The notes: generated by a model not told the origin, from the letters alone. 64,000 nucleotides of DNA from Spirochaetota bacterium (GCA_963664815.2 CAXXHB010000002.1:32001-96000), one strand, 5' to 3'; shown: positions 19,604 through 29,729, numbered from the stretch's first letter. A program made the numbers and translations.

Positions 19604-21781
19604 ATGCCCCTTTCCAAATTTATGCTCAATGCGGCAAAACTTACACTTGATGCGGTTTTCAAAGCATCTGAAGCAGATATCAGGGTACATGGAATTGAGA
19701 AAATTCCGGCAAGCCATGTTCTTTTTGCAGTAAATCATTTTACCAGAATAGAGACAGCTTTTCTTCCTTACATAATTCACAAACATACAAAACAGCATTC
19801 GTTATCTCTTGCTGATTCCTCTTTCTTCAAAGGGCGACTCGATTCAATACTGCATAAAATGGGGGCTGTTTCTACCAAGGACCCGGACAGGGATAAAGTT
19901 CTCACTAATGCGCTTTTGTCCGGAAAAATGAGTGTAATAATTTTTCCGGAAGGACAGATGATTAAAGATAAGAAACTTGTCGAAAAGGGAAAATATCTGG
20001 TTTATAACACTGGTATCAGAAGACCTCCTCACACAGGTGCAGCTAAAATCGCTATTCAGGTTGAAATATACAGACAGATCATAAAGAAACTTTACGAGAA
20101 AAAAAGATTTGAAGACATAGAAATGATTAAAGATATATATGAATTAAAAAATGAGGATATGTCAAGCATTCTTACAGGTTCAACATATATAGTACCGGTT
20201 AACATAACATACTACCCTATCAGGGCGAGAAATAACCTGATAAAGAAAATAGTGGAAAAGTTCACTAAAGAAGTTTCCAGGAGGGTTGCCGAAGAACTTG
20301 AGATTGAAGGGACAATGCTAACCAAAGGAGTCGACATCGATATCAATTTTGGTACTGCTTTAAAAATGTCCGATTATATAAAATCCACATCGATAATCAA
20401 AAATATTTTTTCCTGCCGTCAGGAGACATGCTTCGGAGAGATCGGCGACAGCGATCGTATAAACAAGTTAAGTATAAAGGTGATGCAGGATTACATGAAT
20501 TCAATCTACTCCATGACAACGGTTAATCACGATCATATATTCGCGTATATTCTGGCAAATTATCCAAAAAACTCTATAAGGGATTATGACTTTAAAAACA
20601 GGGCCTCCCTTGCGATAGAAAGAATTAAAAAATTTAAAAAATACTCATTCCATTCAACACTTGTTAAACGCCACGATAATATCGGATCTGATGTTTTCCA
20701 TGAAAAATACGACAGCTTCATGGAAGAGGCTGTAAAAAACAATCTCGTGCAGATTAAAGGTGATACAATCATTAAAAATATGGGGAAGTTTGCCATTCTC
20801 TATAATTTTCATTTTGTCAGAAAAGATAATTTTATTGAAGTCCTTAAAAATGAGCTCGAACCATTAACAGAGCTTACAAACATGCTGCGCCGTATAATGT
20901 TTATGACTCCATGGCTTGTGAAAATAAATATCAGAGATACTTTCCTTAAACTCGATCAGAAAATATATCAGGATGATTATAACCAGTTTTACAGAGAGGG
21001 TATTTCAAAAACTGAAAAAACGGGAGACCCTTTTTTTCTTCATAACATGTTCAATAAGCATGGAGTAATTCTTGTACACGGATATATGGCCGCACCGGAA
21101 GAAATACGATTGCTTGCCGATAAACTTTATAAAGCCGGCTATTCGGTTTACGGAGTGAGACTCCGCGGACATGGGACTACACCTGAAGATCTATCCGGAC
21201 GAAGGTGGCAGGATTGGAATGAGTCGGTTAACAGAGGATATGTTGTAATGAAAAACAGTGTTTCAAGCTTTGCCGTTGCGGGATTTTCAACAGGTGCCGG
21301 ACTAGCACTGCTTCAGGCCATACAGAAAGGGAATAAACTTAAAGCAGTTATTTCAATCGCTGCACCACTGCGGCTCCAGGACATAAGAGCTTCTTTTTCC
21401 GGTGCGGTAAGTTTTTTTAATACCATACTTAAGAAATTTAAAATAGAAAAGGGGAAGATGGAATTCGTACCAAATATTCCGGAGAATCCCGACATCAATT
21501 ACGCCAAAAATCCGATTAATGGTACCTATGAACTCGGACAGCTGATGAAGTATGTAGAGACAAATCTTCCCAGAATTACTATTCCGGCACTTCTTGTTCA
21601 GGCTACCGGTGATCCGGTAGTAAATCCTCAAAGCGCAGATGAAATTTATTCAAAGATAAGTTCATACGATAAAGCGCTTATTAAAATTAAATCTGACAGG
21701 CATGGGATAATCCGCGGAAAAGAGCTTAAAGAAGTAGCCGATGAAGTAATTTCATTCCTTGACAGGATTTTTGAAAAATAA
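19604..21781 (+). CDS. Glycerolipid acyltransferase-like domain fused to an alpha/beta-hydrolase (esterase)
   Basis: NHFTRIE and IFPEG (PlsC-like blocks); VHGY, RLRGHG, GFSTG nucleophile elbow, D(PVV) and H(GII) triad. Confidence 0.85.
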   Translation: MPLSKFMLNAAKLTLDAVFKASEADIRVHGIEKIPASHVLFAVNHFTRIETAFLPYIIHKHTKQHSLSLADSSFFKGRLDSILHKMGAVSTKDPDRDKVLTNALLSGKMSVIIFPEGQMIKDKKLVEKGKYLVYNTGIRRPPHTGAAKIAIQVEIYRQIIKKLYEKKRFEDIEMIKDIYELKNEDMSSILTGSTYIVPVNITYYPIRARNNLIKKIVEKFTKEVSRRVAEELEIEGTMLTKGVDIDINFGTALKMSDYIKSTSIIKNIFSCRQETCFGEIGDSDRINKLSIKVMQDYMNSIYSMTTVNHDHIFAYILANYPKNSIRDYDFKNRASLAIERIKKFKKYSFHSTLVKRHDNIGSDVFHEKYDSFMEEAVKNNLVQIKGDTIIKNMGKFAILYNFHFVRKDNFIEVLKNELEPLTELTNMLRRIMFMTPWLVKINIRDTFLKLDQKIYQDDYNQFYREGISKTEKTGDPFFLHNMFNKHGVILVHGYMAAPEEIRLLADKLYKAGYSVYGVRLRGHGTTPEDLSGRRWQDWNESVNRGYVVMKNSVSSFAVAGFSTGAGLALLQAIQKGNKLKAVISIAAPLRLQDIRASFSGAVSFFNTILKKFKIEKGKMEFVPNIPENPDINYAKNPINGTYELGQLMKYVETNLPRITIPALLVQATGDPVVNPQSADEIYSKISSYDKALIKIKSDRHGIIRGKELKEVADEVISFLDRIFEK

Positions 21782-21863
21782 AACTGTGTAACAAAAAATA
21801 TAATGTTAATTCTTAATTTCATATTGTATTTCTTATAATAATATAATTACCGCCAGCAGGTCA

Positions 21864-21878
21864 TGATAATTAGTATAA
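21864..21878 (+). promoter_or_regulatory. Candidate Fur-family box upstream of exbBD
   Basis: TGATAAT-T-AGTATAA matches the 7-1-7 TGATAATnATTATCA at 12 of 14 positions; AT-rich context lowers significance. Confidence 0.35.
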
Positions 21879-21899
21879 ATTACTTAAAAGGAAAATTTT

Positions 21900-22523
21900 A
21901 TGTTCGCAGGTAAAAGTGTTTTTTCAATACTCAATTCAGGAGGTGGCATTATGTATATTCTTCTACTATGCTCCATTCTGACAATTGCTGTAATTTTTCA
22001 AAAATCCCTCCTGTTCATGGGTATAAGAAAATCTGACAGAAGAGGTCTGATCGAAAGGATAAAAATAAAAGTTGTAGCCGGAGATATTGAGGGGGCTAAA
22101 GAGGAATGCCTGAAGAACAAAAACCCGTACTCCAATGTTCTCTACTCCGGACTCTGCCAGTACGGGAAAAGTGATTCAGCTATCGAAAGCGCAATGGAAA
22201 GAGAGATTGCTGAAGAGGTTATGGATCTTGAAGAGAACACCGGTATCGTAGGAACTATCGGAAATACCGCTGTCTATATAGGGCTTTTCGGAACTGTAAT
22301 AGGAATTATGAAGGCTTTTCATGATATAACCACTATGGGTCAAACCGGAATGAATACTGTTATTATTGGAGTATCCGAAGCGCTGATTGCAACAGCTACC
22401 GGTCTACTTGTCGCGATCCCTTCAGTAATAGCATTTAATTACTTCATGACCAGGATTGACAGAATTATGAAAGAGATGCAGTTATGCGCATCAGAACTTT
22501 CTGATTACCTTAAACGAAGATAA
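21900..22523 (+). CDS. exbB: MotA/TolQ/ExbB proton channel
   Basis: GLFGTVIGIM.AF and GVSEALIATATGLLVAIP. Confidence 0.88.
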   Translation: MFAGKSVFSILNSGGGIMYILLLCSILTIAVIFQKSLLFMGIRKSDRRGLIERIKIKVVAGDIEGAKEECLKNKNPYSNVLYSGLCQYGKSDSAIESAMEREIAEEVMDLEENTGIVGTIGNTAVYIGLFGTVIGIMKAFHDITTMGQTGMNTVIIGVSEALIATATGLLVAIPSVIAFNYFMTRIDRIMKEMQLCASELSDYLKRR

Positions 22524-22529
22524 AATGTT

Positions 22530-22934
22530 ATGAAAATTAATACACCCAGAAATATACGTATAAAATCAGAAATCAACATTACACCATTTACTGACGTTGT
22601 TCTTGTCCTTCTTATTATCTTTATGATTACAACACCAATGATAATACAGTCAAGCATCACAGTAAATATTCCTAAATCCAGTCATGGAACTGAGGGTAAA
22701 AATCAACAGTTTGAAGTCGTGATAAAAGGGGAGAAAGAAATTTATTTTAATAATAAAAGCACAGATCTCCCCACGCTTAAAAACGAAATGACAGAACATG
22801 CCAGAGACATGCCGGATATTCCCCTTGTGATCCGGGCCGACAGAGATGTAAAATATTATATGATAGTTGATATGATGGATCTGGCCAAAGAATCAGGAGT
22901 GGCAAAAATTTCTCTTAATGTTGAAAAGCCCTGA
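22530..22934 (+). CDS. exbD: ExbD/TolR
   Basis: EINITPFTDVVLVLLIIFM with the conserved Asp; IRADRDV.Y. Confidence 0.9.
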   Translation: MKINTPRNIRIKSEINITPFTDVVLVLLIIFMITTPMIIQSSITVNIPKSSHGTEGKNQQFEVVIKGEKEIYFNNKSTDLPTLKNEMTEHARDMPDIPLVIRADRDVKYYMIVDMMDLAKESGVAKISLNVEKP

Positions 22935-22947
22935 TATAATATTGATT

Positions 22948-24795
22948 CTAAAGAAAAAATTCAAGCTCCACAGTTTCTCCATCGTAATGTTTCTCGGGTT
23001 TAACAGAAAGCTTCTCAAAAACCGCCAGCATCTTCCTGTTTTGAGAAAGTACCGAGGCGCATAATTTTTTTATTCCCCTTTCTTTAGCAATCTTAATAAG
23101 AAAATTGGCCAGAAACGTTGCAAGACCTTTCCCCTGAAACTCCTCGTCAACAAGAAATGCCATCTCATATACCTCACCGTCCGGATAAGCAGCATACCTT
23201 GCTTCGGCAACTATTCTCTCAAGATTTCCATGCTGTAAAACAGCAACAATTGCCATTATATTTTCATAATCCACACTTAGATATTTCTGCATATTCTTAT
23301 GAGGCATTACTTTTACATGGGTGAAATACCTGTAATATTTTGATTCATCGGAAAATTTATAAAAAAGCCTTCGCATCATATCCTCATCGGATGCCCTTAT
23401 GGGCCTTATTTTAAGTTCCAGCCCGTCTTTAAACGTTTTTACCGTTTCGATTTTCGCCGGGTAATTTGCAGCAATTGACCTGTATATCTGATCGTGATAC
23501 AAATAACCTTCTTCTTTGGCCCTGTTAAAAAGAACCTCCCGGTGATCCGGATGAGCTATCTCTATAAGAGACAGCGCTCTCTCCCTGTTGGATTTTCCAA
23601 ACAGAGTGGCCACTCCGTATTCAGTTACAACATATCTCGCGGCGCTTTGAGTTGACCTTACTCTGTCATTATCCCTGTTGTGTGATATTACTATGTTGCT
23701 CTCTCCGTTCTGCCCCACAGACTTAAGGGCAAAAATTACTTTCCCGCTTCCGGAAAAGGCAGTACCCGCAGCGAAATTGAATTTACTCTCATATCCTGAA
23801 AGAAGATCATCTCCGGCGTAGACCAGTACCCTCGCTGCCGTAATATCGATCTTCTCAACATTCATAATACTTATCAGTTTAGGGATGTTCTTTATTTTCA
23901 GCGGATTTGAAAGTTCAGCTATTGGATAAAATCCAAAAAGCTGATTATGGTCAACATAATCATAAAGTTCTCTTGTACCAAAACAATAACTTGTTGAGAT
24001 CTGCCCCCCGTACTCCCTTTTCCTTTCAACCGATATTGCTCCTGATTCTACAAGGTCAATTATCCAGTCAGAAACGACATTAGTAAGAATGCCAAGATTT
24101 TTCTTTACCATAAGGTGAGCCGCTATCGCATCAAATATCCTGCCCGCATGCAGCACAACAGTTGACCCATCCTGTATGAGATTGCTTATATGCCATCCGA
24201 TTATATCCTGAACACTGTCATACGCTTTCCGTTCCCTTTCAAGAATATGTTCATCACTCATGATCACATAGTCAACCTGATCGACATGGATTGAAGTTTC
24301 ACCATAGGTAACGGGCATATTCGGATTTACTTCGGTTATTACTAAAGAGGCATGATTTATAACAGTATCTGCAACATCTATGGCAACCCCAAGGCTCATA
24401 TATCCTCTTTTATCCGGAGGCGATGTAGTTACTACGGCAATATCAATCTCAATTGCTTTTGTTGCAAAGATATAGGGTATCTCTACAAGATTGGCGGGTA
24501 TATAATCTTTTTTCCCTCCTGATGCATCTTCAACATCTGTTTCCCCGCTTCTGAATGTTTTAAGACGGTAATTCTGATTATCATTTGATTCATCAGAAAA
24601 AAAATATCCTGAAGAAAAAAGCTGTATTATCTCAAGATCATAGTTTCTCAGTTTTTCAGATGTTGTAATCTCTTTTGCAGCCAGTGTCGGGATACATGGA
24701 CCGCTTGTAAGAAAAATTTTATTCCCCGGTTTTATAAGCGATATGAATTTGTTTAAATCTATAATTTTACTGTTAAAATTTTCCGTCTTATACAT
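22948..24795 (-). CDS. Acetyl-CoA hydrolase/transferase-fold domain fused to a C-terminal GNAT
   Basis: SPPDKRGYMSLGVA, EVNPNMPVTYG, YVVTEYGVA.L.GKS.RERA..LIEIAHPDHR; GNAT motifs IRPIRASD, YYRYF, FQGKGLA. Confidence 0.85.
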   Translation of the reverse strand: MYKTENFNSKIIDLNKFISLIKPGNKIFLTSGPCIPTLAAKEITTSEKLRNYDLEIIQLFSSGYFFSDESNDNQNYRLKTFRSGETDVEDASGGKKDYIPANLVEIPYIFATKAIEIDIAVVTTSPPDKRGYMSLGVAIDVADTVINHASLVITEVNPNMPVTYGETSIHVDQVDYVIMSDEHILERERKAYDSVQDIIGWHISNLIQDGSTVVLHAGRIFDAIAAHLMVKKNLGILTNVVSDWIIDLVESGAISVERKREYGGQISTSYCFGTRELYDYVDHNQLFGFYPIAELSNPLKIKNIPKLISIMNVEKIDITAARVLVYAGDDLLSGYESKFNFAAGTAFSGSGKVIFALKSVGQNGESNIVISHNRDNDRVRSTQSAARYVVTEYGVATLFGKSNRERALSLIEIAHPDHREVLFNRAKEEGYLYHDQIYRSIAANYPAKIETVKTFKDGLELKIRPIRASDEDMMRRLFYKFSDESKYYRYFTHVKVMPHKNMQKYLSVDYENIMAIVAVLQHGNLERIVAEARYAAYPDGEVYEMAFLVDEEFQGKGLATFLANFLIKIAKERGIKKLCASVLSQNRKMLAVFEKLSVKPEKHYDGETVELEFFL

Positions 24796-24912
24796 TCCTC
24801 TCCCCTTTTCTTCCCGATAGAGAATTCAATTGAATCTATTATAACTTATTATACACATAAAAGTACAGTAATAAAGTTTTTTAATCTTTCCGATAATTTA
24901 TTTCATTTTAGC

Positions 24913-24957
24913 TTGACATAATACAAATGTATGCTATTTTTATGTTTAGTTTCTAAA
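24913..24957 (+). promoter_or_regulatory. lexA promoter with two overlapping palindromes (candidate SOS boxes)
   Basis: TTGACA 24913-24918; TGn-TATTTT 24932-24940; palindromes ATACA-aa-TGTAT (24921-24932) and TTTAG-ttt-CTAAA (24945-24957). Confidence 0.55.
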
Positions 24958-24970
24958 AAGAAGGTAAAAT

Positions 24971-25576
24971 ATGACAAAAGACCTTACTGATAAACAACAA
25001 CTTATACTTAATTTTATCAAAGAATCAATAAATGATTCAGGATTTCCTCCGACAGTCCGTGAAATAGGGGATAAATTCGGAATCACAGTTAAGGGCGCCT
25101 ATGATCATATGAAGGCTATTGAAAAAAAGGGTTATATCAAAACAGAACATAACAAATCACGCGCTATTGTTATCACGGATGACGAACATGATGATAAAAG
25201 TTCAGGAATTAGCATACCTTTACTTGGCAGAATTGCCGCTGGATCTCCAATCCTCGCAGAGGAAAATATTGAAAATTATCTGTCTTTTCCGGAAGAGATG
25301 TTCAACAAGGGGGAATTCTTTGCTCTTACTGTAAAAGGCGATTCGATGATAGAAGGTGGTATTTTTAACGGAGATATAGCCGTTATCAAAAAGCAGAATA
25401 CCGCAAACAATGGCGAGATTATTGCTGCGCTTATTGAGGAAGAGGCAACTCTTAAAGTCTTTCAGAAAACACCCAATTCCATAAAACTTATACCAAAAAA
25501 TTCCTCTTATAAACCTATTGAGGTTACAGAAATATCTATTATGGGCAAACTTGCCGCCGTATTCAGAAGATACTGA
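24971..25576 (+). CDS. lexA: SOS repressor LexA
   Basis: LTDKQ, GFPPTVREI, AAG cleavage site, GDSM (Ser) and ATLK (Lys). Confidence 0.96.
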   Translation: MTKDLTDKQQLILNFIKESINDSGFPPTVREIGDKFGITVKGAYDHMKAIEKKGYIKTEHNKSRAIVITDDEHDDKSSGISIPLLGRIAAGSPILAEENIENYLSFPEEMFNKGEFFALTVKGDSMIEGGIFNGDIAVIKKQNTANNGEIIAALIEEEATLKVFQKTPNSIKLIPKNSSYKPIEVTEISIMGKLAAVFRRY

Positions 25577-25643
25577 TAATTATCTTTTTTATTTGACAGT
25601 TCCCGCTGTTTCGTAAAAAATCAGGCAATTAAGAACCAGATAG

Positions 25644-27110
25644 ATGAAAAGTAAACTTTACCTGATAATAATTTCTTTATTTATAAGCAGTATTCTCCAT
25701 GCATCACCTGTTGCGGGAGTTTCTGTTATTTCAGGCAATACGGAGAGGGCATCAGCCATAGCGATTATTCTTGAACAGCACATACTTGAAATCCTTAAAA
25801 AAAACAGTTTTAACACAATTCAACCTGAAATAATAAACCGCGAACTCAACAAATTTAACTGCACTGAAGAAAAATGCATCCTCGCTTTTGCAGTAAATGC
25901 TGATATTGATCTTGTAATATCCGGAACAGTGATTGATAAAAAAAATTCTATCATTATAAAACTCAGAGCTTATGGAATTAATATCCCTTTTAATAAAAGA
26001 ATTATAAACAGTTACGAAGTTACAATTCCCATGAATGTAAATATAAACATAAGAGAATTCAGCCTGATCAGTGAAGAACATGCTGCCGGATTTCTTCAAA
26101 AAACTTTAAATGTATTTCTCTTTCCTGTTAATATCATAAAATATCGGAATACATTAATCCTTGCCGATAGTCTAAAGATAAACGGGAAATTTAACATCTA
26201 TATGAAAGATCAATCCGGTTCTATACTGGAATGTGGTAAGGCCGATATTACAGAGGGCATTCTGTCCGTTACAAACGGCAACCCTGAAGGGGATATATTC
26301 ATTTTCATCTCTTTTAAAGATAAAAGCAATGAAATGCATCAATATTACAGTACGCGCAAGAGAGAACTGGTTTTTGAAAAAACTTCATTCTATGATACAC
26401 TCTTCATTCTTGCAATAACACCATTTGCAAGTGCATCAATGCCTGTTTCTTCTCCGTTTCTGGGGTATTACATGAACAATGACTGGGGTGGACTCGGTTT
26501 ATGGATGATGAATGCTCCTCCCTACCTTTATATGGAAGCTCGAGGGCTCATCAACTCACCTTCAAAACTTAAAAGCAGAAATGAAAATATTTCCCGCGAC
26601 GATAAGGCACTTAACTATTTTGCATGGTATATGCTCTGTGCCGGGGGAATGCCTCTTTTTATAGATTCATACACTGTAAACTATCTTCATAAAGCTTCCT
26701 ATTTTACAGGTGACAATCAACTTCTTGGCAATTCGGCCACCGCCGCTCTGCTCTCCCTTACAAGCAATGGCGCCGGACATTTTTACAGGGGTGACAGATT
26801 CTGGGGTTATTTTTATTTTCATTTAAACAACATTCTTCTCTATATGACTTTAAGAGAATTTTCCGCGCCTGAGAGTTATGATGAAGCATCTGACACTTAT
26901 ACAAAAAAGAATAAAAACAGGAACAGACAAATTGCTTTTTGTTCTGTTTTTGCACTGTCAAAGACAGTTGAAACATTACATGCTATACTGAAAAATGAAA
27001 ATCTTTCAAGCGGAGATGTTACAGATGAATATATTATACCCTCACCTCTACTAACCATTGATGAAAGAGGAAATCCTGTCTATGGATTCAATGTTACATT
27101 AAGATTCTGA
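25644..27110 (+). CDS. Exported or outer-membrane hypothetical protein
   Basis: Signal peptide; N-terminal CTEEKC..IDLVISGTV (CsgG/TolB-N-like); two G.G.FY-type hydrophobic repeats; ends YGFNVTLRF. Confidence 0.6.
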   Translation: MKSKLYLIIISLFISSILHASPVAGVSVISGNTERASAIAIILEQHILEILKKNSFNTIQPEIINRELNKFNCTEEKCILAFAVNADIDLVISGTVIDKKNSIIIKLRAYGINIPFNKRIINSYEVTIPMNVNINIREFSLISEEHAAGFLQKTLNVFLFPVNIIKYRNTLILADSLKINGKFNIYMKDQSGSILECGKADITEGILSVTNGNPEGDIFIFISFKDKSNEMHQYYSTRKRELVFEKTSFYDTLFILAITPFASASMPVSSPFLGYYMNNDWGGLGLWMMNAPPYLYMEARGLINSPSKLKSRNENISRDDKALNYFAWYMLCAGGMPLFIDSYTVNYLHKASYFTGDNQLLGNSATAALLSLTSNGAGHFYRGDRFWGYFYFHLNNILLYMTLREFSAPESYDEASDTYTKKNKNRNRQIAFCSVFALSKTVETLHAILKNENLSSGDVTDEYIIPSPLLTIDERGNPVYGFNVTLRF

Positions 27111-27217
27111 AAAAATATATCTTCCCATGATATTCGTTATACTGAAGAGTCTCCATTGAATATAGACTACGGAACCTGTATATTCACATCTCCAGTTTTT
27201 TAATGAAAAACTCTGCA

Positions 27218-28126
27218 TTATCTCCTGAAATCACCCATCACCTCATATGCATCGTTTACAACTACAAATGCCGTCGAATCAATACTTTTTATTATTCCTT
27301 TAATCTTTGGCAGTTCTCGTGTATGAAGAGCCACATATACAACATCTTTTGCTTCTCCGGTGTAACCCCCTTCTCCCTTAAGAATCGTGCAGCCCCTGTC
27401 AAGTTCTCTGATTATATACTCCCTTATTTTATCAGATTTATTGCTGACAATAAACAACTCCTTAGTATATGACATCCCCTCTACAATAAAATCTGTTCCC
27501 TTTGTTGTAATGTAAAGAGAGATGAAACCCCATAGTATAAGATTTGGATTTTTAAAAATAATTCCCACTCCGAAGATTACAAACGAATCAATCAGCAGAT
27601 ATGATGTGCCTACTGTTAATCCGAAATACTTTCTGAGCAGAAGAGCCGGGATATCACTCCCCCCTGTTGAACCGTTAAACTTTATGACAAATCCTACTCC
27701 GATGCCAAGAAGAAGCCCGCCGGCAACCACTGCAAGAAATGTTTCATTTGTAAACGATATGCTCTGCTCATTTATTCTGAAAATAAAATCTTTAAGAAAA
27801 GAAGCACCTGTGAACCGTTCTGATGCGAAGAGATCTGTAAAGAGAGAAAGAGTTAATATACCCCAGAGTGTTTTAACCCCGAACATCCTTCCGAAATTAA
27901 TAACTCCTATAATGAATAAAGGAATATTTATAAGAAGCATCATCAGACCGGCCGGGATATTGAAGAGATAGTAAAAAATCTGCGCCACACCTGCCGCTCC
28001 ACCTGGACAAGCTTTAAATGGAATTAGAAAAAGAGCCAATCCCAGCCCGCCAATGGCAGAACCTAAAATAATCCCACCCATATCTTTAAGAATACCGGTG
28101 ATATCAGTTCCCGAAATTCCGGTCAT
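27218..28126 (-). CDS. YitT family membrane protein (DUF161 + DUF2179)
   Basis: PGGAAG, NIPLF, GSTGGSD, LDRGCT...GGYTG, ID..AFV. Confidence 0.9.
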   Translation of the reverse strand: MTGISGTDITGILKDMGGIILGSAIGGLGLALFLIPFKACPGGAAGVAQIFYYLFNIPAGLMMLLINIPLFIIGVINFGRMFGVKTLWGILTLSLFTDLFASERFTGASFLKDFIFRINEQSISFTNETFLAVVAGGLLLGIGVGFVIKFNGSTGGSDIPALLLRKYFGLTVGTSYLLIDSFVIFGVGIIFKNPNLILWGFISLYITTKGTDFIVEGMSYTKELFIVSNKSDKIREYIIRELDRGCTILKGEGGYTGEAKDVVYVALHTRELPKIKGIIKSIDSTAFVVVNDAYEVMGDFRR

Positions 28127-28241
28127 TTTATTTCTCCGTTAATATACTTCTTATTCTTATAAAAAAAGGAGCTTTTCATTTAAATATTAAATTATGGAGA
28201 TCATGTGAAGATAATTTCTTCAGTGAATCTCTGATTAATGC

Positions 28242-29729
28242 TCAGACAAGTTTCTGAGCACATTCATATTCACTCTTCAGAAATTCTGCAATTTTAAGCA
28301 GTTCTGTTTCACTCTTAATATTAAATCTTTCCAGAACAATCTCTTCTATGTAATAATAAAAGTACTTCCTTTTCTCTATACCGGCAATCATATTGGCAAT
28401 ATAAACACAATATCCAACATCCATAAATTCTTCCGGTATACTTAAAGGTGAATGGTGAAATCTTATTATCTGCGCTAAAAAATCGGGGAAATTCCATTTT
28501 TCAGATACAAGATGTCCTATCTCGGCATGACTTATACCTATAGAAATCTCCTCCATAACGGTTGTAGTAATAATACTTCTGTCTTTAACAATCTCAGCAA
28601 TTGCTTTTAATGATTCCATATCAACAGCAAGTAGAATAACCTTTCCAAAATCATGAAGAAGGCCGGCAATATAAGCATTATCTGCCCCTCCCCCTGGAAT
28701 TTTAAATTTTACAGCCAGAAGCCTCGCGTAAAATGCGACCCTGTTGCAATGTTCCCATATCTCTTCATATCTGGTATACCTGCTCTCCATAATCTTCCTT
28801 GCATTGCTTGCAAGTAATATAGATACAAGATTCTTAAGTCCGATTTTCATAACCGCCCTGCTTACATCATCTACCCTCCGGCCGGATATAAACCCTGCAG
28901 AATTCGCCAGTTTAATAACATCTGATGTAACTGATACATCAAGCTTTATCATCTCTACAATCTTGTCAATATCAGCATCAAGAGATGAACACATTCTTAA
29001 TAATGTAATAATATTTTCGGGGAAAGTCGGTATACCGGTTATCTCTTCAAGAATCTGTTTTTTCACTGTAGTAATTATCTCTGGCGGTTTTAGCATATAA
29101 GGAATTCTGACAGAAGCAACAGTTACGTTATCAATACAATTTATCTTGAATGACGATGGATCAATTCCCATACTCTTAAGAAACATTACAACAAGGGCAA
29201 TTCCAAGCCCTGCACCTTCCGTTTCATCTTCAATCATTTCATAGATATCACTGAAATTTGACTGTTTAACAGCGATGTCTATTCTGCAATTAATCCTGTT
29301 TAACTCTTCGGGAATCACAGAAACGTTGTTTCTTACTTTAAAAATTAATGAATCACTCTCTTCATTAATTTGAAAATTGATACTATAAATGCTGTTTGCA
29401 ATATCATCTTTTATTAAATCAAAGTCTCCTACAATTTCTTCTTTAAATTGTTCTACACCCTGTTTGTATTGTAGCGGATTATTAATATCCAGATTATTTT
29501 TCTGAAAGAAAATTCTTTTTGCATTTGCTTTCAATGAATTGACAATCAGTTCTCTCAGTATTGTTATTACAGAATAAACCAGATATTGTAAATCATGCTT
29601 AGAAAGTTCTCTTGAAACGATACTATTAATAAACATCAGCAAATCATCAGTTACATATTTGAAGCTTATCTTTACAGGCTCACCTTTGATAATTTTTTCA
29701 TAAACCTGCTTTTTCTGTTCTATTATCAT
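28242..29729 (-). CDS. GHKL-like N-terminal domain plus HDOD domain signalling protein
   Basis: RELIVNSLKAN and EGAGLG boxes; HDOD motifs IPTFP, LANSA, IWEH, GLLHDFGK, HAEIG, W.FP, HHSP. Confidence 0.85.
   Translation of the reverse strand: MIIEQKKQVYEKIIKGEPVKISFKYVTDDLLMFINSIVSRELSKHDLQYLVYSVITILRELIVNSLKANAKRIFFQKNNLDINNPLQYKQGVEQFKEEIVGDFDLIKDDIANSIYSINFQINEESDSLIFKVRNNVSVIPEELNRINCRIDIAVKQSNFSDIYEMIEDETEGAGLGIALVVMFLKSMGIDPSSFKINCIDNVTVASVRIPYMLKPPEIITTVKKQILEEITGIPTFPENIITLLRMCSSLDADIDKIVEMIKLDVSVTSDVIKLANSAGFISGRRVDDVSRAVMKIGLKNLVSILLASNARKIMESRYTRYEEIWEHCNRVAFYARLLAVKFKIPGGGADNAYIAGLLHDFGKVILLAVDMESLKAIAEIVKDRSIITTTVMEEISIGISHAEIGHLVSEKWNFPDFLAQIIRFHHSPLSIPEEFMDVGYCVYIANMIAGIEKRKYFYYYIEEIVLERFNIKSETELLKIAEFLKSEYECAQKLV

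Noticed and set aside
24872-24896. TAAAGTTT...TCCGATAA sigma-28-like promoter before lexA
   Set aside because: The spacer is 13 nt instead of about 15, and a good sigma-70 promoter lies just downstream.
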